Positions 18,443 through 27,083 of a stretch of DNA of 64,000 nucleotides are shown one piece after another (position 1 is the stretch's first letter; each line of letters starts with the position of its first letter). The position numbers were made by a program, and so were the translations under genes. This stretch comes from an uncultured Candidatus Saccharibacteria bacterium (GTDB taxonomy: Bacteria > Patescibacteriota > Minisyncoccia > Phycocordibacterales > CSBR16-119). The notes under the pieces were generated by a model. The model was not told where the DNA came from. It did not search any database and saw only the letters and a list, made by a program, of their open reading frames with translations. The DNA is taken from NCBI GenBank assembly GCA_964589975.1, contig CAZPVH010000002.1, positions 4,217 through 68,216 on the forward strand, read 5' to 3'.

Positions 18443-18958
18443 ATGACATATAACATACATCCCATATTGGTTCATTTTCCAGTAGCACTATTATTTCTCT
18501 ACTCCATTGTAAAATTATTACCTTTTAAAAGATGGTTTCCGAACGTGTCGTGGAAGCATGTCGAATTGGCACTCTTGATCCCCGGATTACTTGGGGCTTT
18601 TGCAGCAAATATAACCGGCGAGGTTGCAGAGCATATCGCAAGGCCAAATCATAAACTGGTCGAAACACATGCCTTCATGGCTCTAACTGCTACATGGATG
18701 TATGGACTCCTTTTGGCGGGCGAACTATTGTATTGGATAAATACTAATTTGGTATCAAAGCTCCGATCTGCGCCTATACTTTCATTTTTTGTATTTATCA
18801 GAAATATTCTGGTGCATCCTTTCGTATCAGGGCTTTTAGCACTACTTGGACTCATTGCTATCTCACTCACCGGACTCCTTGGCGGAGTAATGGTTTACGG
18901 AGTTTCGGCTGATCCTCTCGCCGGAATAGTTCTCCAAATTCTGGGCATTTCTATCTAA
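18443..18958 (+). CDS. DUF2231-like membrane protein (tentative)
   Basis: 171 aa. An N-terminal HPILVHFPVALL-type motif and 4 TM helices resemble the DUF2231 family. Confidence 0.4.
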   Translation: MTYNIHPILVHFPVALLFLYSIVKLLPFKRWFPNVSWKHVELALLIPGLLGAFAANITGEVAEHIARPNHKLVETHAFMALTATWMYGLLLAGELLYWINTNLVSKLRSAPILSFFVFIRNILVHPFVSGLLALLGLIAISLTGLLGGVMVYGVSADPLAGIVLQILGISI

Positions 18959-19020
18959 AATCTATCTTGAAACCCCATCATAATAAAACAAAACCCGCTA
19001 GATGCGGATTTTGTTTTTAA

Positions 19021-19152
19021 TTATTTCTTCGTCTCTTTGTAGGTTACATGCTTCCTGACTTTCTTGTCGAATTTGCGGAGAACCAAAGGGTCAGGATTCT
19101 GCTTCTTATTCTTAAAAGTCCGGATAACCGTCTTGGACTTGTCGCTTTTCAT
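19021..19152 (-). CDS. rpmG: 50S ribosomal protein L33
   Basis: 43-aa ORF, below the ORF-track length cutoff. It reads [43 protein letters not shown], and the ...RLELKKFC..HT.HKETK tail is L33-like. Confidence 0.65.
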   Translation of the reverse strand: MKSDKSKTVIRTFKNKKQNPDPLVLRKFDKKVRKHVTYKETKK

Positions 19153-19178
19153 TTTTATAAGTCTATCTTGTGACATAA

Positions 19179-19206
19179 ATTAGGCGCTAGGCATTAGGCG
19201 CTAGGC
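19179..19206. repeat. perfect tandem duplication TTAGGCGCTAGGCA x2 upstream of rpmG
   Basis: Read directly from the sequence. It sits between the rlmB stop and the rpmG start in the likely promoter region. Confidence 0.6.
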
Positions 19207-19249
19207 AATGGCATGATATTAGCACGGGTAAAAGTATATGGCAAATCCC

Positions 19250-19993
19250 CTAGTAATTTCGTCTTTTCCACTCATAGGCTACGACCCCAGCGGATACGGA
19301 TGCGTTTAGTGATTCTATCCCGTCCTCCATGGGGATAGCAAGGAGGTAGTCGCAAGCTTCTTTTGTCCCACTACGGATACCCCGGCCTTCGTTTCCTATG
19401 ACGACGGCCATCGGGCTGTCCCACTTCTCCTCCCAAATATTCTTTCCGGCTTCCCCATCGAGCCCGACAACCCAGAATTTATGATCCTTGAGCTTTTGAA
19501 TGGTGTCATTCGTATTCGAGACGACGATTATGGGCAATCGCGCAGCAGTACCGGCAGACGTCTTGTAGACTGCGGACGTGATCGGCACTTGGCGATGCTT
19601 TGACATAATAACCCCCGCGGCACCAGCAGCGGCAGCCACGCGAATAATGGCGCCGACATTGTGCGGGTCTTCAAGTTCATCCAGGACGAAGACCAGAGGA
19701 TTGCTGTCTTTGTCAAAAGTATCTATCCAGTCATTAAAATCAAGAGACTTAAATTCCCTAAGCTCGGCAACAAAGCCCTGAGTGTTTACATCACCCACAA
19801 GAGAAATGAGCTTATTTTCAGGCACACGCGTAAGCGGAATTTTGTGCTTCGAGAGATATGGGCGGATTAATGTGAGGTCGTTATCTTTTACTGACTCCTT
19901 TACATAAATAGTTTTCACGTTTTTGGGATCAGTCAAAAGCGCCTCTTCGATAGGCTTCCTGCCGTATATATGGAGGCCGGTTTTTTCTTTCAT
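19250..19993 (-). CDS. rlmB: SpoU/TrmH-family rRNA 2'-O-methyltransferase (RlmB-like)
   Basis: N-terminal L30e-like substrate-binding domain plus SPOUT motifs (LDELEDPHNVGAIIRVAAAAGA, VIGNEGRGI, LNASVSAGV). Confidence 0.75.
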   Translation of the reverse strand: MKEKTGLHIYGRKPIEEALLTDPKNVKTIYVKESVKDNDLTLIRPYLSKHKIPLTRVPENKLISLVGDVNTQGFVAELREFKSLDFNDWIDTFDKDSNPLVFVLDELEDPHNVGAIIRVAAAAGAAGVIMSKHRQVPITSAVYKTSAGTAARLPIIVVSNTNDTIQKLKDHKFWVVGLDGEAGKNIWEEKWDSPMAVVIGNEGRGIRSGTKEACDYLLAIPMEDGIESLNASVSAGVVAYEWKRRNY

Positions 19994-20064
19994 GCGTACA
20001 CACTACAATAAAATTTTCTTTTTATCAAGAGCGAGCTCCGGCCGCTCTTAGCGGGGAAATTCGG

Positions 20065-20517
20065 CTAATTATAGATCACGCAAACGTCGTGATGACTTTC
20101 GGTAACACCAGTTACAAGATTCATGTAACCAACAATACAATCATTTGAGCTAGAATTCACTGTTCCCCTTCCTATGAAGTACGGATCTCCGTCCTCCCGT
20201 GGGAATTTTCCTGGAACATAGAAATCTATCCTCGTAACTTCCATATGCGAATCAGTGGCATTTTTGAACGCATCGATGGCCATTGAGTATGTTCCATACT
20301 TTAGGGAGTATTGGCACTTAAAATTATTATACTGACTCTTTAGACTTCCTTCAGCGTCGGTATCGCAAGGCTCTGGAGCGGACGATGGATTTGGTGTTTG
20401 AGGAGAAGGCTGCTGCGGATTATAGACAAGACCAGATTTTTTCCCTCTCGATAAAAATACCAAAACAACAATAAGTAAAATTATTGCGACAACTACCAAA
20501 ACTTTATTATTTTTCAT
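20065..20517 (-). CDS. secreted/anchored hypothetical protein
   Basis: 150 aa with an N-terminal TM or signal segment and a Pro/Gln-rich linker. No family recognised. Confidence 0.4.
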   Translation of the reverse strand: MKNNKVLVVVAIILLIVVLVFLSRGKKSGLVYNPQQPSPQTPNPSSAPEPCDTDAEGSLKSQYNNFKCQYSLKYGTYSMAIDAFKNATDSHMEVTRIDFYVPGKFPREDGDPYFIGRGTVNSSSNDCIVGYMNLVTGVTESHHDVCVIYN

Positions 20518-20521
20518 ATTG

Positions 20522-20605
20522 TGCGCCGGGCAGGATTCGAACCTGCGTAGGCCATAGGCCGACAGATTTACAGTCTGTTGTAATTGACCGCTCTACCACC
20601 GACGC
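20522..20605 (-). tRNA. tRNA-Tyr (anticodon GTA), long variable arm
   Basis: The reverse complement reads GCGTCGGTGGTAGAGCGGTCAATTAC A ACAGA CTGTAAA TCTGT CGGCCTATGGCCTACG CAGGTTCGAATCCTG CCGGCGC A. Confidence 0.8.
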
Positions 20606-20650
20606 GATAGGAAGAGATTAGCACATATCCTGATTTAGTTCAATTATACT

Positions 20651-20679
20651 CTTGCCAGAAATTCAGAGTGGGTGTACTA
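20651..20679 (+). promoter_or_regulatory. sigma70-type promoter TTGCCA-N17-TACTAT
   Basis: Read from the sequence. Lies 40 nt upstream of the 20719 ORF. Confidence 0.45.
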
Positions 20680-20718
20680 TCGTCCGGTACAGTTCCAAAA
20701 AACAAAAACCAGTAACGC

Positions 20719-21249
20719 ATGAGTGGCAGAATCAGTTTTGCAGTCAGGTTGCTTACGAGCAAGGATGTGATGAAAGAACGTTTCCGAGAGGCGGACCGGC
20801 ATCTCGTTTCCGACACGCTCGGAATATCCGAGCAGAAGATCACGTTGAGGCACGATCCGAACACGAAAGAGGGCGATGTCTGGGATTTCTCCTTCAAGAT
20901 GAAGGGACTCAACACCAAGATCGAAGGGGTGATCCGGTACAAAGGTGAGAAAGGAGCACGTATGCTTATCTCCAATGGCGAGGCGTCCATTCGGACACAC
21001 CTACGGAGAGTGAACCCACAAGTTCAAGCCGAAGTAATGCTCGAACCTGTGTTTGAAAAACTCTTCAAGGAAGAAAAGAAGCCCGTGGTGATACCGGAGG
21101 TAGAACATGGGTTCGGTGGTGGACTTCTAGGACTCGGAGCTGCCCAAAGGGCTCACGTACACATGCCTGAGCCGGTAAACAGCCGAACCGAAATGAACGG
21201 TATGGAGATTACGGCTGAGGAGGAAGAGAATCGGACAGTTGTTGGCTGA
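20719..21249 (+). CDS. hypothetical protein
   Basis: 176-aa ORF in a GC-richer segment with a strong terminator downstream. Several mutually overlapping ORFs on both strands exist here; this one has the best context (promoter, terminator, coding-like composition). Confidence 0.45.
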   Translation: MSGRISFAVRLLTSKDVMKERFREADRHLVSDTLGISEQKITLRHDPNTKEGDVWDFSFKMKGLNTKIEGVIRYKGEKGARMLISNGEASIRTHLRRVNPQVQAEVMLEPVFEKLFKEEKKPVVIPEVEHGFGGGLLGLGAAQRAHVHMPEPVNSRTEMNGMEITAEEEENRTVVG

Positions 21250-21269
21250 TCTCAACTGGTAAAGAAACG

Positions 21270-21305
21270 ACAGAGGCCCCACTTGCTAGTGGGGCCTCTT
21301 TTTAT
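21270..21305. terminator. bidirectional rho-independent terminator
   Basis: GAGGCCCCAC-TTGCTAG-TGGGGCCTC with T-runs on both sides, between convergent genes. Confidence 0.7.
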
Positions 21306-21309
21306 TTAC

Positions 21310-24003
21310 TTACGCCGTAACTTTATCTTTTGCGGCAATCCGAGATTTCTTTTCTTCCGATTTGATGACAAGCTCGCCGTCTTTCTCGTCAACAGTTACT
21401 TTCGCTCCGGCTTTTAGTTCCCCGCCAATAATCTTTGACGCTACGGGGTTCAGGATCTTCGTTTGTATGAGTCTGTTGAGAGGACGCGCGCCGAATTCTG
21501 GTTTATAACCTTCTTTACCAAGATATTTGAGGGCCTTGGCCGTTACTGACAGGTTAATCTCTTTTTCTTTGAGTCTCTCTATCACCTTTTCGATGCGTAG
21601 ACCCACAATGGACGAGATAGCTTCCGGCGAGAGGACATCGAAGACTATTATCTCGTCGAGGCGGTTTATGAATTCTGGACGGAAATTGTCTTTGAGCGCC
21701 GACAAAACCCTTTCCTTTGTATCTTCATAAGCTTCTTTATCGGTATTGTCAGAGAAACCGATTCGTTCCATCTTTTGGATAAATTCTGAACCAATGTTCG
21801 AGGTGAGAATTATGACCGAATTTCTGAAATTGACCACGCGACCCTTGGCGTCGGTCAGGCGTCCTTCATCCAGAACCTGGAGAAGAATGTTAAAGACTTC
21901 CGGATGCGCCTTTTCAATCTCATCGAATAGGATTACCGAATATGGTCTATGTCTTACTGCCTCTGTAAGCTGGCCGGACTCATCATAACCGACATACCCC
22001 GGAGGAGATCCGATGAGCTTCGAAACGCTATGCCGTTCCATGTACTCGGACATGTCGACGCGAATAAGAGCCTTGTCGTCGTTAAACATAAATTCAGCCA
22101 GAGTCTTTGTTAGCTCTGTCTTGCCCACGCCTGTAGGCCCAAGGAATATGAATGAGCCAATTGGTTTCAGCGGATCAGAAATACCCGCGCGATTGCGGCG
22201 AACTGTGTCCGCAATCTTTGTAATCGCCTCGTCCTGGCCCACAACACGCTTACGCAGCTCTTCTTCCATCCTGGAAAGTTTCGAACGCTCAGCTTCAAGC
22301 ATTCGTGAAAGAGGGATACCGGTCCAACGAGCTACGACTTCGGCAATATCCTCGGCGTTGATTTCTTCTTTTAGAATTCGGCGATCTTTCTGAAGTTTTC
22401 GGAGGCGAGAAGTTTTCTGCTCCAAATCTTTTTGCAGAAGCGGAATTTTTCCATAGCGAATTTCAGCTGCACGCCCGAGGTCTGCTTGAATTTCAGCGTT
22501 CTCCGCTTCAAACCGCAGACTATCGAGCTTCGCTTTCAGCGCCCGAATTTCACCAAGCGTTTCTTTCTCATTCTTCCACTTGAGCTCAAGCTCCTTCGTC
22601 ACTTCCCTAAGATTTGCAATCTCAGTTTTAATTTCTTTTATACGGGCGCTAGTCTTCTTGTTCAAGACGTCGTCTGTGGAATTTTCAAGATCTTTTGTGA
22701 GTGCGGTATTTTCGATCTCCAGGCGCATAATTCTTCGGTGCGCATCCTCAAGCTCGGCCGGCTTGTTTTCAAGCTGCATTTTAAGAGACGACGAAGCCTC
22801 GTCGATAAGGTCAACTGCTTTGTCCGGAAGATATCGACTAGTCAGATACCGAGTTGACAGATCAACAGCAGAAATGATGGCGTCATCCGTAATACGCACC
22901 CCGTGGTACAGCTCATATTTTTCCTTTAGGCCACGAAGGATCGCGACTGTGTCTTCCTTGGTCGGCTCTTCTATGTACACAGGCTGAAAGCGTCGCGCGA
23001 GAGCGGCGTCTTTTTCAATATGTTTCTGATACTCCTTCAGCGTAGTTGCGCCAATAGCCCGGAGTTCGCCGCGCGCGAGAGCGGGCTTTAACATGTTTGC
23101 TGCATCCATCGTGCCTTCCGCGCCACCGGCGCCAACGATCATGTGGATTTCGTCGACAAAGAGGATGACCTTCCCGTCAGCTTTGTCTATTTCTTTCATG
23201 ATTCCTTTAAGCCGCTCTTCAAACTCACCGCGATACTTTGTACCAGCAAGAAGCGATCCCAAGTCCAGAGAAACGATTTCTTTATCCTTCAGAGAGTCAG
23301 GGACGTCGCCCTTGGCAACGCGTTGCGCGAGGCCTTCTACGACAGCGGTTTTACCGACACCCGGCTCGCCAATGAGGATCGGATTATTTTTTGTTCTACG
23401 GGAAAGTATCTGCATGATGCGCATGACTTCAGAGTCGCGACCAATTACCGGATCAAGCTTGTCCTCCTGAGCGAGCTTCGTGAGACTTCGTGTGTATTTC
23501 GAAAGCATGCGGAATTTTACCTTCGCCGTGGCGCCAGTCGTGTTTTGATTTCGGAGCTCATCGAGCGCTTTCAAAACTCGCTCTTTGCCAATTTTAAATT
23601 GATTGATGACTTCCTGGAGTTCGCCTTGAGAATCAAGGAGCGCAATGAAGAGATGTTCTGTTGAAACGAATTCGTCTTTCAAAAATTTAGCGACTTTGTT
23701 TGAGTTGTCTATAGTCTGGGCCAAGTCCGGCGTGAGATAAATTTGAAATGACGGCGCCATGGTCGTGCGCTGCTCCGGAGCATCAATCATTTCCATGAGA
23801 ATTGAGGAAAGTAGGACCGTATCAACCTCAAGCTTCTCGAGGATTGAGATGACCATAGACTCTTCCTGAAGCATCAAAGCTCCGAAAAGGTGGATAGAAT
23901 TTACGTGATTCTGCCCGCGCTCAATAGCAAGCTCGTGAGCTCGCCTGATGGCTTCTTTGGCCTTTGTAGTGAAGTTATGGAATGGTTGAGGCTGATTGTT
24001 CAT
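21310..24003 (-). CDS. clpB: ClpB-type AAA+ disaggregase chaperone
   Basis: 897 aa with two AAA+ modules (Walker A GEPGVGKT and GPTGVGKT), the Clp_N domain and a long middle coiled-coil. Confidence 0.9.
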   Translation of the reverse strand: MNNQPQPFHNFTTKAKEAIRRAHELAIERGQNHVNSIHLFGALMLQEESMVISILEKLEVDTVLLSSILMEMIDAPEQRTTMAPSFQIYLTPDLAQTIDNSNKVAKFLKDEFVSTEHLFIALLDSQGELQEVINQFKIGKERVLKALDELRNQNTTGATAKVKFRMLSKYTRSLTKLAQEDKLDPVIGRDSEVMRIMQILSRRTKNNPILIGEPGVGKTAVVEGLAQRVAKGDVPDSLKDKEIVSLDLGSLLAGTKYRGEFEERLKGIMKEIDKADGKVILFVDEIHMIVGAGGAEGTMDAANMLKPALARGELRAIGATTLKEYQKHIEKDAALARRFQPVYIEEPTKEDTVAILRGLKEKYELYHGVRITDDAIISAVDLSTRYLTSRYLPDKAVDLIDEASSSLKMQLENKPAELEDAHRRIMRLEIENTALTKDLENSTDDVLNKKTSARIKEIKTEIANLREVTKELELKWKNEKETLGEIRALKAKLDSLRFEAENAEIQADLGRAAEIRYGKIPLLQKDLEQKTSRLRKLQKDRRILKEEINAEDIAEVVARWTGIPLSRMLEAERSKLSRMEEELRKRVVGQDEAITKIADTVRRNRAGISDPLKPIGSFIFLGPTGVGKTELTKTLAEFMFNDDKALIRVDMSEYMERHSVSKLIGSPPGYVGYDESGQLTEAVRHRPYSVILFDEIEKAHPEVFNILLQVLDEGRLTDAKGRVVNFRNSVIILTSNIGSEFIQKMERIGFSDNTDKEAYEDTKERVLSALKDNFRPEFINRLDEIIVFDVLSPEAISSIVGLRIEKVIERLKEKEINLSVTAKALKYLGKEGYKPEFGARPLNRLIQTKILNPVASKIIGGELKAGAKVTVDEKDGELVIKSEEKKSRIAAKDKVTA

Positions 24004-24089
24004 ATTTTGCTTAGGTTATACAAATAAGGACGTACCAGACATGCCAATAATACAATATTTGGCCATTTCGGTCAAAGCTGACATAGTGT

Positions 24090-24118
24090 TTGACAGTGGT
24101 GTATTTTTGTGATAATAA
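24090..24118 (+). promoter_or_regulatory. sigma70-type promoter TTGACA-N17-TAATAA
   Basis: Read from the sequence, upstream of the 24137 ORF. It sits in the shared divergent region with clpB. Confidence 0.45.
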
Positions 24119-24136
24119 GAAGAAAAAGCCACGCAC

Positions 24137-24754
24137 ATGACAACCATCAGTCTCTTTAGAGGGGATGCGGATCGTGAACTATTCAAAGGTATCCAACTCC
24201 GCGTTGACCGTTTCCGAAACTTCCGCTACCTGGAATCTTTCCTAACCTCACTCGCCTTGATTGCTGCGATCTACTTCGTGTCATTCTTCTTGTTGGGTCT
24301 TGTTTGCGAGATCAGCAAAGGGACACGATTCGCGGAAATACTCAATGCGGCTATTACCCCATTTGAACCGAGGCCTTGGGGTTCTCCTTTGTCGATCAGT
24401 TACATTGCAACCTTGGTCCTCATTTTCCTTAGCGCAGTGATTCGGAGCGCATTCGCGTTCGGTCGCGCACAGCAACGTGACACGAGAGACATCGCCTTCC
24501 TGCGCAAGGTCTATAACGACAACACCCTGCAAGATTTACATGCACGAGTGACAGCGCGGGCAAAGAGCCTGAGCGAACTGCAGGTTGCAGCACCGGGTAT
24601 CGACGAAGTCGAGCTCGAGTTGCTACGAACCGCGGTAAAGGAAAGTCATTATCTGCAAGAACTCCAGGCCGAGAAGACAGAGACCGAACGAGTATTTGGC
24701 AAAGTGACTGAGATCTTGGGGGTCCAACATCTCAGCGAACCAGTCCTCGCATGA
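24137..24754 (+). CDS. membrane protein, hypothetical
   Basis: 205 aa with two TM helices in the first half and a charged helical C-terminus. Confidence 0.4.
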   Translation: MTTISLFRGDADRELFKGIQLRVDRFRNFRYLESFLTSLALIAAIYFVSFFLLGLVCEISKGTRFAEILNAAITPFEPRPWGSPLSISYIATLVLIFLSAVIRSAFAFGRAQQRDTRDIAFLRKVYNDNTLQDLHARVTARAKSLSELQVAAPGIDEVELELLRTAVKESHYLQELQAEKTETERVFGKVTEILGVQHLSEPVLA

Positions 24755-24797
24755 TAGCACAGCAAAGGCCCCCGACTCTGCCGGGGGCCTTTCACTA

Positions 24798-26006
24798 TCA
24801 ATGATTTAGTTTTTCGTATTTCTTGAAAATCTCCTTTAAGGATTTTATTAGGTGGTCTATATCAGATTTACTGGTTGCGTGACCAAAGGAGATGCGTATA
24901 CTGCCAGTGTTTTCATTTCGGAGACTTTCGATTACATATGATTCCGTGTCCTCGGTATTACATGCAGACTTTTCTGAGATCATTATTCCCTTTGCATCGA
25001 GTTCGATGACTAGGAGCTCCGAATCAAAGTCCGGAAAAGTAATATTTACATTATTTGGCAATCTGTGCTCACGTGATCCATTTACAATAAATTTTCCAGA
25101 AAAATTCTTCTCAAGTTCGGCGAAGCAATAATTCTGAATTTCGCGAAGCCTCGCAGAATCCGCTTCCCTATCTGTTACGGCGAGTTCGAGCGCTTTCGCA
25201 AAACCGACTATTCCTGGAATATTTTCCGTTCCGGGACGAAGATCAAATTCTTGCGAGCCACCCATCAGAATCTTTTCGAGTTTCGTGCCTGATCGGACAA
25301 AAAGCATGCCGATGCCGTGCGGGCCGTAGATTTTCTCAGAACTGAGGGTCATCAGATCTACATGAAGTGTCTGCAGATTTATATCTTCATAAAGCGGCGC
25401 CTGAGAAGCGTCGGTATGAAGAAGCGGATATTTAGATTCGTGGTTGCCGAGAACATGTTTCTTGTAATGCCTGATCTCTTTTGCAATTTCGCGAACCGGC
25501 TGAAGGACACCGATCTCGTTTGAGGCGTAGATGATTGAAATAATAATGGTTTCTGGTCGCAAAGCTTCGCGGAGTTTTTTCGCATCGACAATTCCCTCGT
25601 CAGACACTTCCAGATAGGTTACTTCGGCGATTCCTTTATGTTTCAGATGCTTACAAACTTCCAAGACCGATGGGTGTTCAATCCGGCTTACAATAACATG
25701 CGGCTTCCCGCCTCTTCCGGCGGGTGAACTTGAAAGCCAAGCAAAAACACTTCCAAATATTGAAATATTGTTTGACTCAGTCGCGCCCGATGTAAAAATT
25801 ATTTCTTTTGATCGGGCGCCAAGTGTTTCCGCAATCTTTTCCCGAGAGGACTCCAAAAGCTTCTTTGCCTCCACCCCGCCGGAATGAATGGTTCCGGGAT
25901 TGGCAAAAACTTCCATTGCGCCTAGCATGGCTTTCTTTGCCTCGGCCCGAACGGGAGCCGCGGCGGCATAGTCCAGATATATTCTCTTTTTCTTACTAAA
26001 AAGCAT
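24798..26006 (-). CDS. cysteine desulfurase (class V aminotransferase, NifS/IscS family)
   Basis: IYLDYAAAAPV at the N-terminus, TSGATESNN, and a PLP-lysine-region pattern. 402 aa. Confidence 0.8.
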   Translation of the reverse strand: MLFSKKKRIYLDYAAAAPVRAEAKKAMLGAMEVFANPGTIHSGGVEAKKLLESSREKIAETLGARSKEIIFTSGATESNNISIFGSVFAWLSSSPAGRGGKPHVIVSRIEHPSVLEVCKHLKHKGIAEVTYLEVSDEGIVDAKKLREALRPETIIISIIYASNEIGVLQPVREIAKEIRHYKKHVLGNHESKYPLLHTDASQAPLYEDINLQTLHVDLMTLSSEKIYGPHGIGMLFVRSGTKLEKILMGGSQEFDLRPGTENIPGIVGFAKALELAVTDREADSARLREIQNYCFAELEKNFSGKFIVNGSREHRLPNNVNITFPDFDSELLVIELDAKGIMISEKSACNTEDTESYVIESLRNENTGSIRISFGHATSKSDIDHLIKSLKEIFKKYEKLNH

Positions 26007-26230
26007 GTTCTTGCCCCCACACCAAATTTAGCTAGGTTAAAATCAATATTTTAGAGGAGAATTTGAGAACTTGGTGTGGGGGTGTAGTAAAACTACCACA
26101 AGCATTATATAATTTCCATACGTGTCCCGTTAGTGACTGATAGTGTAGTGGAAGAACTTATAATGAAAAACCTAGCAATAAAAATTAATTTGGACAGGCC
26201 ACGACAAGACCGAGGTCGGTCACTATTGGG

Positions 26231-26680
26231 ATGACTATGGACATGATGATAATCTTCGGCCTTCTGATCCTGGCGATCATCGTACTCGCTTTTTTCGTCT
26301 TCAAGGCAAACTCTCGCATCAATATGCTGCTCCAAGGCAAAGATGCCAAAAGCCTCGAGGACTCCTTTACCTATCTGGCCGAAGATATAAAACGGATGAA
26401 CGCGAACGAGCTTCTAACAGAAAAGGCTCTGAACAATTTAAACATCAGGCTGAAGAAATCTCTCACGGGTTTCAAAACCGTCCGTTTCAATCCATTCCCC
26501 GAACAAGGCGGCAACCAGAGCTTTGCGATAGCAGTCGTGAACGAAGAAGGCGACGGCTTTATTCTTTCAAGTCTATACTCTCGCGAGAAAACCAGTCTCT
26601 TCGCCAAACCGATCAAAGGCGGCAAATCTGATATCGCTCTGACCGAAGAAGAAACTAAAGCACTTGCTGAAGCAAAATAA
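26231..26680 (+). CDS. DUF4446-like protein, hypothetical
   Basis: 149 aa with an N-terminal TM segment and a conserved-looking FNPFPEQGGNQSFAIAVV core. Confidence 0.4.
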   Translation: MTMDMMIIFGLLILAIIVLAFFVFKANSRINMLLQGKDAKSLEDSFTYLAEDIKRMNANELLTEKALNNLNIRLKKSLTGFKTVRFNPFPEQGGNQSFAIAVVNEEGDGFILSSLYSREKTSLFAKPIKGGKSDIALTEEETKALAEAK

Positions 26681-26687
26681 ATATACA

Positions 26688-26716
26688 AATGAAGAAGCCC
26701 CGACAAGTCGGGGCTT
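26688..26716 (+). terminator. rho-independent terminator (recurrent GAAGCCCCGAC hairpin)
   Basis: GAAGCCCCGAC-AA-GTCGGGGCTTC. Confidence 0.6.
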
Positions 26717-26737
26717 CACACTTTGTGGACATTGAAC

Positions 26738-26983
26738 TCATCTTAGAGGCACATACTTCCTTATGGCCCACCGACGAAGCGCCAAGAACGGCATGACGAG
26801 TACGAGAAACGGGAAAAGCAACGACCACCAAGTTGGAGTTTCTGTCTGCCACAGTGCGTATCCGACGAAATGTCCGATAAACACGAGAAGTGCAAACAAT
26901 ACTTGTCCAAAACCCGTACCCAAAAGCACGACGAACGCGGCAGCCAGAACTCCCAGCGTGATCAGATGATTTGACCTCTTCAT
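26738..26983 (-). CDS. small membrane protein, hypothetical
   Basis: Start chosen at MKRSNHLI, giving 81 aa and three TM helices. Confidence 0.35.
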   Translation of the reverse strand: MKRSNHLITLGVLAAAFVVLLGTGFGQVLFALLVFIGHFVGYALWQTETPTWWSLLFPFLVLVMPFLALRRWAIRKYVPLR

Positions 26984-27083
26984 GTGTGAAGTACTTTGTT
27001 GTCTTAAACATACCTGCCCCTTATTAATTGTCAATCATTATCTAAACTAGTAATTTTCATCTTTTTGCTGTATAAATAAGCCC

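Noticed and set aside
20640-21000. Four mutually overlapping ORFs on both strands (20640-20990 -, 20652-20948 +, 20677-21000 -)
   Set aside because: Only the 20719-21249 plus-strand frame has a promoter, a terminator and protein-like composition. The others are shadow frames typical of a GC-richer segment.
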